From the human T2T-CHM13v2.0 reference genome, Homo sapiens, in the NCBI RefSeq assembly GCF_009914755.1, contig NC_060934.1: DNA of 64,000 bases, one strand, 5' to 3'. The notes under the pieces were generated by a model, which was not told where the DNA came from, did no database searches, and saw nothing but the letters and a program-made list of their open reading frames with translations. Positions 13,901 through 26,848 of the stretch are shown in pieces (within the stretch, counting starts at the first letter, position 1; the number at the start of each line of letters is the position of its first letter). Made by a program: the position numbers and the translations under genes.

Positions 13901-16900
13901 TGAATTGAGTGAAATCATCGAATGGTCTCGAAAGGAATAATCTTCAAATGGAAAGGAATGGAATCATCTCATAGAATCGAATGGAATTATCAACGAATGG
14001 ACTCGAATGGAATCAACATCAAACGGAATTATCGAATGGAATCGAAGAGAATCATCGAATGGCCACGAATGGAATCATCTAATGGAATGGAATGGAATAA
14101 TCCATGGACCCGAATGCAATCATCATCGAATAGAATCGAATGGAATCATCGAATGGACACGAATGGAATAATCATTGAACGGAATTGAATGGAATCATCG
14201 TCGAATGGAAACGCATGGAATCATCATCGAATGGAAATGAAAGGAGTCATCATCTAATGGAATCGCACGGAATCATCATCAAATGGAATGGAATGGAATC
14301 ATCATCGAATGGAATCTAATGGAATAATTGAATGGAAGTGAATGGAATCGTCATCGAATGAATTGAATGCAATCATCGAATGGTCTCGAATGTAACCATC
14401 TTCAAATGGAATGGAATGGAATCATCGCATAGAATCGAATGGAATTATCATCGAATGGCCTCAAATGGAATCAACATCAAACGGAATCAAACGGAATTAT
14501 CGAATGGAATCGAAGAGAATCATCGAATGGACTCGAATGGAATCATCTAATGAAATAGAATGGAATAATCCATGGACTCGAATGCAATCATCATCAAATG
14601 GAATCGAATGGAATCGTCGAATGGACTCGAGTGGAATAAACATTCAACGGAATCGAATGGAATCGACACCGGATGGAAACGAATGGAATCATCATCGAAT
14701 GGAATCGAATGGAATCATCAAATGGAATCAGATGAAATCATCATCAAATGGATTCGAATAGAATTATGGAATGAAATCCAATGTGATCATCATCGAATGG
14801 ACTCGAACGGAATCATCATCCAATGGAAACAAATGGAATCAACATCGAATGGAATCGAATGGAAACGCCATCGAAAGGAAACGAATGGAATTATCATGAA
14901 ATTGAAATGGATGGACTCATCATCGAATGGATTCGAATGGAATCACCGAATGAAATTGATTGAAATCATCATCAAATGGAATCGAATGGAATCATTGAAT
15001 GGAATCGAATGGAATCATCATCAGATGGAAATGAATGGAATCATCACTGAATGGAATCGAATGGATTCATTGAATGGAATCTGATGGAATCATCGAATGG
15101 ACTTGAATGGAATCATTGAATGGACTCGAATGGAATCTTTATTGAATGGAATTGAATGGAATCATCGAATGGTCTCGAATGGAATCATTATCAAATGGAA
15201 TCGAATGGAATCACCGAATAGAATCGAATGGAACAATCATCGAATGGACTCAAATGGAATTATCCTCAAATGGAATCGAATGGATTTATCGAATGCAATC
15301 GAATGGAATTATCGAAAGCAATCGAATAGAATCATCGAATGGACTCGAATGGAATCATCGAATGGAATGGAATGGAAGAGTCAATGAACTCGAATGGAAT
15401 CTTCATTGAATGGAATCGAATGGAATCATCGAGTGGAATCGAATGGAATCATGATCAAATGGAATCGAATGTAATCATCATCAAATGGAATCCAAAATCA
15501 CCATCATCAATTGGTACTGAATGGAACTGTCATCAAATGGAATTCAAAGGAATCATCATCAAATGGAACCGAATGGAATCCTCATTGAATGGAAATGAAA
15601 GGAGTCATCATCTAATGGAATCGCATGGAATCATCATCAAATGGAATCGAATGGAATCATCATCAAATGGAATCGAATGGAATCATTGAACGGAATTGAA
15701 TCGAGTCGTCATCGAATGAATTGAATGCAATCATCGAATGGTCTCGAATGGAATCATCTTCAAATGGAAAGGAATGGAATCATCGCATAGAATCGAATGG
15801 AATTATCATCGAATGGACTCGAATGGAATCAACATCAAACGGAATCAAACGGAATTATCGAATGGAATCGAAGAGAATCATCGAATGGACTCGAATGGAA
15901 TCATCTATTGGAATGCAATGGAATAATCCATGGACCCGAATGTAATCATCATCGAATAGAATCGAATGCAGTCATCGAATGGACTCAAATGGAATAATCA
16001 TTGAACGAAATCGAATGGAATCATCGTCGAATGGAAACGAATGGAATCATCAGCGAATGGAAATGAAAGGAGTCATCATCTAATGGAATCGCATAGAATC
16101 ATCATCAAATGGAATCAAATGGAATCATCATCGAATGGAATCTAATGGAATCATTGAACGGAATTGCATGGAATCGTCATCGAATGAATTGAATGCAATC
16201 ATCGAATGGTCTCGAATGGAATCATCTTCAAATGGAATGGAATGGAATCATCGCATAGAATCGAATGGAATTATCATCGAATGGCCTCAAATGGAATCAA
16301 CATCAAACGGAATCAAACGGAATTATCGAATGGAATCGAAGAGAATCATCAAATGGACTCGAATGGAATCATCTAATGAAATAGAATGGAATAATCCATG
16401 GACTCGAATGCAATCATCATCAAATGGAATCGAATGGAATCGTCGAATGGACTCGAGTGGAATAAACATTCAACGGAATCGAATGGAATCGTCACCGGAT
16501 GGAAACGAATGGAATCATCATCGAATGGAATCGAATGGAATCATCAAATGGAATCAGATGGAATCATCACCAAATGGAATCAAATAGAATTATGGAATGA
16601 AATCCAATGTGATCATCATCGAATGGACTCAAACGGAATCATCATCCAATGGAAACTAATGGAATCAACATCGAATGGAATCGAATGGAAACGCCATCGA
16701 ATTGAAACGAATGGAATTATCATGAAATTGAAATGGATGGACTCATCATCGAATGGATTCGAATGGAATCACCGAATGAAATTGATAGAAATCATCATCA
16801 AATGGAATCGAATGGAATCATTGAATGGAATCGAATGGAATCATCATCAGATGGAAATGAATGGAATCATCATTGAATGGAATCGAATGGATTCTTTGAA

Positions 16901-18213
16901 TGGAATCTGATGGAATCATCGAATGGTCTTGAATGGAATCATTGAATGGACTCGAATGGAATCTTTATTGAATGGAATTGAATGGAATCATCGAATGGTC
17001 TCGAATGGAATCATTATCAAATGGAATCGAATGGAATCACCGAATAGAATCGAATGGAACAATCATCGAATGGACTCAAATGGAATTATCCTCAAATGGA
17101 ATCAAATGGAATTATCGAATGCAATCGAATGGAATTATCGAATGCAATCGAATAGAATCATCGAATGGACTCGAATGGTATCATCAAATGGAACGGAATG
17201 GAATAGTCAATGAACTCGAATGGAATCATCTTTGAATGGAATTGAATGGAATCATCGAGTGGAATCGAATGGAATCATGATCAAATGGAATCGAATGTAA
17301 TCATCATCAAATGGAATCCAAAATCACCATCATCACTTGGTATTGAATGGAATTGTCATCAAATGGAATTCAAAGGAATCATCATGAAATGGAACCGAAT
17401 GGAATCAACATTGAATGGAAATGAAAGGAGTCATCATCTAATGGAATTGCATGGAATCATCATCAAATGAAATCGAATGGAATCATCATCAAATGGAATC
17501 TAATGGAATCATTGAACGGAATTGAATGGAATCGTCATCGAATGAATTGAGTGCAATCATCGAATGGTCTCGAAAGGAATAATCTTCAAATGGAAAGGAA
17601 TGGAATCATCGCATAGAATCGAATGGAATTATCAACGAATGGACTCGAATGGGATCAACATCAAACGGAATTATCGAATGGAATCGAAGAGAATCATCGA
17701 ATGGCCACGAATGGAATCATCTAATGGAATGGAATGGAATAATCCATGGACCCGAATGCAATCATCATCGAATAGAATCGAATGGAATCATCGAATGGAC
17801 ACAAATGGAATAATCATTGAACGGAATCGAATGGAATCATCGTCGAATGGAAACGCATGGAATCATCATCGAATGGAAATGAAAGGAGTCATCATCTAAT
17901 GGAATCGCACGGAATCATCATCAAATGGAATCGAATGGAATCATCATCGAATGGAATCTAATGGAATAATTGAACAGAAGTGAATGGAATCGTCATCGAA
18001 TGAATTGAATGCAATCATCGAATGGTCTCGAATGTAACCATCTTCAAATGGAATGGAATGGAATCATCGCATAGAATCGAATGGAATTATCATCGAATGG
18101 ACTCAAATGGAATCAACATCAAACGGAATCCAACGGAATTATCGAATGGAATCGAAGAGAATCATCGAATGGACTCGAATGGAATCATCTAATGAAATAG
18201 AATGGAATAATCC
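10930..18213. repeat. X/Y dimer higher-order repeat, 3642 bp (1826+1816), two consecutive copies
   Basis: Alternating linked variant sets. X: GAAACAAATGG, CGAAAGGAAAC, ATCACTGAA, AAAATCACC, AATTGGTACT, (TCAAACGGAA)x2. Y: GAAACTAATGG, CGAATTGAAAC, GGATTCTTTG, AAATTAACC, ACTTGGTATT, (TCAAACGGAA)x1. Confidence 0.85.
12501..13869 (+). promoter_or_regulatory. Putative DUX4-type double-homeodomain motif triplet (TAATGGAATCA) in a Y-type half-dimer (example copy)
   Basis: Exact TAATGGAATCA at 12501, 13015 and 13859 fits the reported DUX4 consensus TAAYBBAATCA, and HSATII is a known DUX4 target. Binding at these particular sites is inferred. Confidence 0.45.
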
Positions 18214-21029
18214 ATGGACTCGAATGCAATCATCATCAAATGGAATCGAATGGAATCGTCGAATGGACTCGAGTGGAATAAACATTCAACGGAATCGAAT
18301 GGAATCGTCACCGGATGGAAACGAATGGAATCATCATCGAATGGAATCGAATGGAATCATCAAATGGAATCAGATGAAATCATCATCAAATGGATTCGAA
18401 TAGAATTATAGAATGAAATCCAATGTGATCATCATCGAATGGACACGAACGGAATCATCATCCAATGGAAACAAATGGAATCAACATCGAATGGAATCGA
18501 ATGGAAACGCCATCGAAAGGAAACGAATGGAATTATCATGAAATTGAAATGGATGGACTCATCATCGAATGGATTCGAATGGAATCACCGAATGAAATTG
18601 ATAGAAATCATCATCAAATGGAATCGAATGGAATCATTGAATGGAATCGAATGGAATCATCATCAGATGGAAATGAATGGAATCATCACTGAATGGAATC
18701 GAATGGATTCATTGAATGGAATCTGATGGAATCATCGAATGGACTTGAATGGAATCATTGAATGGACTCGAATGGAATCTTTATTGAATGGAATTGAATG
18801 GAATCATCGAATGGTCTCGAATGGAATCATTATCAAATGGAATCGAATGGAATCACCGAATAGAATCGAATGGAACAATCATCGAATGGACTCAAATGGA
18901 ATTATCCTCAAATGGAATCGAATGGATTTATCGAATGCAATCGAATGGAATTATCGAAAGCAATCGAATAGAATCATCGAATGGACTCGAATGGAATCAT
19001 CAAATGGAATGGAATGGAAGAGTCAATGAACTCGAATGGAATCATCATTGAATGGAATCGAATGGAATCATCGAGTGGAATCGAATGGAATCATGATCAA
19101 ATGGAATCGAATGTAATCATCATCAAATGGAATCCAAAATCACCATCATCAATTGGTACTGAATGGAATTGTCATCAAATGGAATTCAAAGGAATCATCA
19201 TCAAATGGAACCGAATGGAATCCTCATTGAATGGAAATGAAAGGAGTCATCATCTAATGGAATCGCATGGAATCATCATCAAATGGAATCGAATGGAATC
19301 ATCATCAAATGGAATCGAATGGAATCATTGAACGGAATTGAATGGAATCGTCATCGAATGAATTGAGTGCAATCATCGAATGGTCTCAAAAGGAATAATC
19401 TTCAAATGGAAAGGAATGGAATCATCTCATAGAATCGAATGGAATTATCAACGAATGGACTCGAATGGAATCAACATCAAACGGAATTATCGAATGGAAT
19501 CGAAGAGAATCATCGAATGGCCACGAATGGAATCATCTAATGGAATGGAATGGAATAATCCATGGACCCGAATGCAATCATCATCGAATAGAATCGAATG
19601 GAATCATCGAATGGACACAAATGGAATAATCATTGAACGGAATCGAATGGAATCATCATTGAATGGAAACGCATGGAATCATCATCGAATGGAAATGAAA
19701 GGAGTCATCATCTAATGGAATCGCACGGAATCATCATCAAATGGAATCGAATGGAATCATCATCGAATGGAATCTAATGGAATAATTGAACGGAAGTGAA
19801 TGGAATCGTCATCGAATGAATTGAATGCAATCATCGAATGGTCTCGAATGTAACCATCTTCAAATGGAATGGAATGGAATCATCGCATAGAATCGAATGG
19901 AATTATCATCGAATGGACTCAAATGGAATCAACATCAAACGGAATCAAACGGAATTATCGAATGGAATCGAAGAGAATCATCGAATGGACTCGAATGGAA
20001 TCATCTAATGAAATAGAATGGAATAATCCATGGACTCGAATGCAATCATCATCAAATGGAATCGAATGCAATCGTCGAATGGACTCGAGTGGAATAAACA
20101 TTCAACGGAATCGAATGGAATCGTCACCGGATGGAAACGAATGGAATCATCATCGAATGGAATCGAATGGAATCATCAAATGGAATCAGATGAAATCATC
20201 ATCAAATGGATTCGAATAGAATTATGGAATGAAATCCAATGTGATCATCATCGAATGGACACGAACGGAATCATCATCCAATGGAAACAAATGGAATCAA
20301 CATCGAATGGAATCGAATGGAAACGCCATCGAAAGGAAACGAATGGAATTATCATGAAATTGAAATGGATGGACTCATCATCGAATGGATTCGAATGGAA
20401 TCACCGAATGAAATTGATAGAAATCATCATCAAATGGAATCGAATGGAATCATTGAATGGAATCGAATGGAATCATCATCAGATGGAAATGAATGGAATC
20501 ATCACTGAATGGAATCGAATGGATTCATTGAATGGAATCTGATGGAATCATCGAATGGACTTGACTGGAATCATTGAATGGACTCGAATGGAATCTTTAT
20601 TGAATGGAATTGAATGGAATCATCGAATGGTCTCGAATGGAATCATTATCAAATGGAATCGAATGGAATCACCGAATAGAATCGAATGGAACAATCATCG
20701 AATGGACTCAAATGGAATTATCCTCAAATGGAATCGAATGGATTTATCGAATGCAATCGAATGGAATTATCGAAAGCAATCGAATAGAATCATCGAATGG
20801 ACTCGAATGGAATCATCGAATGGAATGGAATGGAAGAGTCAATGAACTCGAATGGAATCATCATTGAATGGAATCGAATGGAATCATCGAGTGGAATCGA
20901 ATGGAATCATGATCAAATGGAATCGAATGTAATCATCATCAAATGGAATCCAAAATCACCATCATCAATTGGTACTGAATGGAATTGTCATCAAATGGAA
21001 TTCAAAGGAATCATCATCAAATGGAACCG

Positions 21030-21990
21030 AATGGAATCCTCATTGAATGGAAATGAAAGGAGTCATCATCTAATGGAATCGCATGGAATCATCATCAAAT
21101 GGAATCGAATGGAATCATCATCAAATGGAATCGAATGGAATCATTGAACGGAATTGAATCGAATCGTCATCGAATGAATTGAATGCAATCATCGAATGGT
21201 CTCGAATGGAATAATCTTCAAATGGAAAGGAATGGAATCATCGCATAGAATCGAATGGAATTATCATCGAATGGACTCGAATGGAATCAACATCAAACGG
21301 AATCAAACGGAATTATCGAATGGAAGCGAAGAGAATCATCGAATGGACTCGAATGGAATCATCTAATGGAATGGAATGGAATAATCCATGGACCCGAATG
21401 CAATCATCATCGAATAGAATCGAATGCAATCATCGAATGGACTCGAATGGAATAATCATTGAACGAAATCGAATGGAATCATCGTCGAATGGAAACGAAT
21501 GGAATCATCATCGAATGGAAATGAAAGGAGTCATCATCTAATGGAATCGCATGGAATCATCATCAAATGGAATCCAATGGAATCATCATCGAATGGAATC
21601 TAATGGAATCATTGAACGGAATTGCATGGAATCGTCATCGAATGAATTGAATGCAATCATCGAATGGTCTCGAATGGAATCATCTTCAAATGGAATGGAA
21701 TGGAATCATCGCATAGAATCGAATGGAAATATCATCGAATGGACTCAAATGGAATCAACATCAAACGGAATCAAACGGAATTATCGAATGGAATCGAAGA
21801 GAATCATCGAATGGACTCGAATGGAATCATCTAATGAAATGGAATGGAATAATCCATGGACTCGAATGCAATCATCATCAAATGGAATCGAATGGAATCG
21901 TCGAATGGACTCGAGTGGAATAAACATTCAACGGAATCGAATAGAATCGTCACCGAATGGAAACGAATGGAATCATCATCGAATGGAATC
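21030..21990. repeat. 468-bp internal sub-repeat pair within each monomer (example copy; 458 bp in 1816-bp monomers)
   Basis: AAATGAAAGGAGTCATCATCTAATGG at 21051 and 21519; related ORFs start at 21255 and 21723; GAATTGAATGCAATC at 6013 and 6481. Confidence 0.88.
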
Positions 21991-24900
21991 GAATGGAATC
22001 ATCAAATGGAATCAGATGGAATCATCATCAAATGGAATCAAATAGAATTATGGAATGAAATCCAATGTGATCATCATCGAATGGACTCAAACGGAATCAT
22101 CATCCAATGGAAACTAATGGAATCAACATCGAATGGAATCGAATGGAAACGCCATCGAATTGAAACGAATGGAATTATCATGAAATTGAAATGGATGGAC
22201 TCATCATCGAATGGATTCGAATGGAATCACCGAATGAAATTGATAGAAATCATCATCAAATGGAATCGAATGGAATCATTGAATGGAATCGAATGGAATC
22301 ATCATCAGATGGAAATGAATGGAATCATCATTGAATGGAATCGAATGGATTCTTTGAATGGAATCTGATGGAATCATCGAATGGTCTTGAACGGAATCAT
22401 TGAATGGACTCGAATGGAATCTTTATTGAATGGAATTGAATGGAATCATCGAATGGTCACGAATGGAATCATTATCAAATGGAATCGAATGGAATCACCG
22501 AATAGAATCGAATGGAACAATCATCGAATGGACGCAAATGGAATTATCCTCAAATGGAATCAAATGGAATTATCGAATGCAATCGTATGGAATTATCGAA
22601 TGCAATCGAATAGAATCATCGAATGGACTCGAGTGGTATCATCGAATGGAACGGAATGGAATAGTCAATGAACTCGAATGGAATCATCATTGAATGGAAT
22701 TGAATGGAATCATCGAGTGGAATCGAATGGAATCATGATCAAATGGAATCGAATGTAATCATCATCAAATGGAATCCAAATTAACCATCATCACTTGGTA
22801 TTGAATGGAATTGTCATCAAATGGAATTCAAAGGAATCATCATGAAATGGAACCGAATGGAATCATCATTGAATGGAAATGAAAGGAGTCATCATCTAAT
22901 GGAATCGCATGGAATCATCATCAAATGGAATCGAATGGAATCATCACCAAATGGAATCTAATGGAATCATTGAACGGAATTGAATGGAATCGTCATCGAA
23001 TGAATTGAGTGCAATCATCGAATGGTCTCGAAAGGAATAATCTTCAAATGGAAAGGAATGGAATCATCTCATAGAATCGAATGGAATTATCAACGAATGG
23101 ACTCGAATGGAATCAACATCAAACGGAATTATCGAATGGAATCGAAGAGAATCATCGAATGGCCACGAATGGAATCATCTAATGGAATGGAATGGAATAA
23201 TCCATGGACCCGAATGCAATCATCATCGAATAGAATCGAATGGAATCATCGAATGGACACGAATGGAATAATCATTGAACGGAATCGAATGGAATCATCG
23301 TCGAATGGAAACGCATGGAATCATCATCGAATGGAAATGAAAGGAGTCATCATCTAATGGAATCGCACGGAATCATCATCAAATGGAATGGAATGGAATC
23401 ATCATCGAATGGAATCTAATGGAATAATTGAACGGAAGTGAATGGAATCGTCATCGAATGAATTGAATGCAATCATCGAATGGTCTCGAATGGAATCATC
23501 TTCAAATGGAATGGAATAGAATCATCGCATAGAATCGAATGGAATTATCATCGAATGGACTCAAATGGAATCAACATCAAACGGAATCAAACGGAATTAT
23601 CGAATGGAATCGAAGAGAATCATCGAATGGACTCGAATGGAATCATCTAATGAAATAGAATGGAATAATCCATGGACTCGAATGCAATCATCATCAAATG
23701 GAATCGAATGGAATCGTCGAATAGACTCGAGTGGAATAAACATTCAACGGAATCGAATGGAATCGTCACCGGATGGAAACGAAGGGAATCATCATCGAAT
23801 GGAATCGAATGGAATCATCAAATGGAATCAGATGGAATCATCATCAAATGGAATCGAATAGAATTATGGAATGAAATCCAATGTGATCATCATTGAATGG
23901 ACTCGAACGGAATCATCATCCAATGGAAACTAATGGTATCAACATCAAATGGAATCGAATGGAAACACCATCGAATTGAAACGAATGGAATTATCATGAA
24001 ATTGAAATGGATGGACTCATCATCGAATGGATTTGAATGGAATCACCGAATGAAATTGATTGAAATCATCATCGAATGGAGTCATTGAATGGAATCGAAT
24101 GGAATCATCATGAGATGGAAATGAACGGAATCATCATAGAATGGAATCGAACGGATTCATTGAATGGAATCAGATGGAATCTTCGAATGGACATGAATGG
24201 AATCATTGAATGGACTCGAATGGAATCATTATTGAATAGAATTGAATGGAATCATTGAACGGCCTCGAATGGAATAATTATGAAATGAAATCGAATGGAA
24301 TCACCGAATAGAATCGAATGGAACAATCATCGAATGCACTCAAATGGAATTATCCTCAAATGGAATAGAATGGAATTATTGAATGCAATCGAATAGAATC
24401 ATCGAATGAACTCGAATGGTATCATCGAATGGAACGGAATGGAATAGTCAATGAACTCGAATGGAATCATCATTGAATGGAATCGAATGGAATCATTGAG
24501 AGGAATCGAATGGAATCCTGATCAAATGCAATCGAATGTAATGATCATCAAATGGAATCCAAATTAACCATCATCACTTGGTATTGAATGGAATTGTCAT
24601 CAAATGGAATTCAAAGGAATCATCATGAAGTGGAACCGAATGGAATCATCATTGAATGGAAATGAAAGGAGTCATCATCTAATGGAATCGCATGGAATCA
24701 TCATCAAATGGAATCGAATGGAATCATCATCAAATGGAATCTAATGGAATCATTGAACGGAATTGAATGGAATCGTCATCGAATGAATTGAGTGCAATCA
24801 TCGAATGGTCTCGAATGGAATCATCTTCAAATGGAAAGGAATGGAATCATCGCATAGAATCGAATGGAATTATCATCGAATGGACCCGAATGGAATCAAC

Positions 24901-26848
24901 ATCAAACGGAATCAAACGGAATTATCGAATGGAATCGAAGAGAATCATCGAATGGCCACGAATGGAATCATCTAATGGAATGGAATGGAATAATCCATGG
25001 ACACGAATGCAATCATCATCGAATAGAATCGAATGGAATCATCGAATGGACTCGAATGGAATAATCATTGAACGCAATCGAATGGAATCATCGAGTGGAA
25101 TCGAATGGAATCATGATCAAATGGAATCGAATGTAATCATCATCAAATGGAATCCAAAATCACCATCATCAATTGGTACTGAATGGAATTGTCATCAAAT
25201 GGAATTCAAAGGAATCATCATCAAATGGAACCGAATGGAATCCTGATTGAATGGAAATGAAAGGAGTCATCATCTAATGGAATCGCATGGAATCATCATC
25301 AAATGGAATCGAATGGAATCATCATCAAATGGAATCGAATGGAATCATTGAACGGAATTGAATCGAATCGTCATCGAATGAATTGAGTGCAATCACCGAA
25401 TGGTCTCGAATGGAATAATCTTCAAATGGAAAGGAATGGAATCATCGCATAGAATCGAATGGAATTATCAACGAATGGACTCGAATCGAATCAACATCAA
25501 ACGGAGTCAAACGGAATTATCGAATGGAATCGAAGAGAATCATCGAATGGCCACGAATGGAATCATCTAATTGAATGGAATGGAATAATCCATGGACCCG
25601 AATGCAATCATCATCGAATAGAATCGAATGGAATCATCGAATGGACACGAATGGAATAATCATTGAACGGAATCGAATGAAATCATCGTCGAATGGAAAC
25701 GCATGGAATCATCATCGAATGGAAATGAAAGGAGTCATCAACTAATGAAATCGCACGGAATCATCATCAAATGGAATTGAATGGAATCATCATCGAATGG
25801 AATCTAATGGAATCATTCAACCGAATTGCATGGAATCGTCATCGAATGAATTGAATGCAATCATCGAATGGTCTCGAATGGAATCATCTTCAAATGGAAT
25901 GGAATGGAATCATCGCATAGAATCGAATGGAATTATCATCGAGTGGACTCAAATGGAATCAACATCAAACGGAATCAAACGGAATTATCGAATGGAATCG
26001 AAGAGAATCATCGAATGGACTCGAATGGAATCATCTAATGAAATAGAATGGAATAATCCATGGACTCGAATGCAATCATCATCAAATGGAATCGAATGGA
26101 ATCGTCGAATGGACTCGAGTGGAATAAACATTCAACGGAATCGAATGGAATCGTCACCGGATGGAAACGAATGGAATCATCATCGAATGGAATCGAATGG
26201 AATCATCAAATGGAATCAGATGAAATCATCATCAAATGGATTCGAATAGAATTATGGAATGAAATCCAATGTGATCATCATCGAATGGACACGAACGGAA
26301 TCATCATCCAATGGAAACAAATGGAATCAACATCGAATGGAATCGAATGGAAACGCCATCGAAAGGAAACGAATGGAATTATCATGAAATTGAAATGGAT
26401 GGACTCATCATCGAATGGATTCGAATGGAATCACCGAATGAAATTGATAGAAATCATCATCAAATGGAATCGAATGGAATCATTGAATGGAATCGAATGG
26501 AATCATCATCAGATGGAAATGAATGGAATCATCACTGAATGGAATCGAATGGATTCATTGAATGGAATCCGATGGAATCATCGAATGGACTTGAATGGAA
26601 TCATTGAATGGACTCGAATGGAATCTTTATTGAATGGAATTGAATGGAATCATCGAATGGTCTCGAATGGAATCATTATCAAATGGAATCGAATGGAATC
26701 ACCGAATAGAATCGAATGGAACAATCATCGAATGGACTCAAATGGAATTATCCTCAAATGGAATCGAATGGATTTATCGAATGAAATCGAATGGAATTAT
26801 CGAAAGCAATCGAATAGAATCATCGAATGGACTCGAATGGAATCATCG

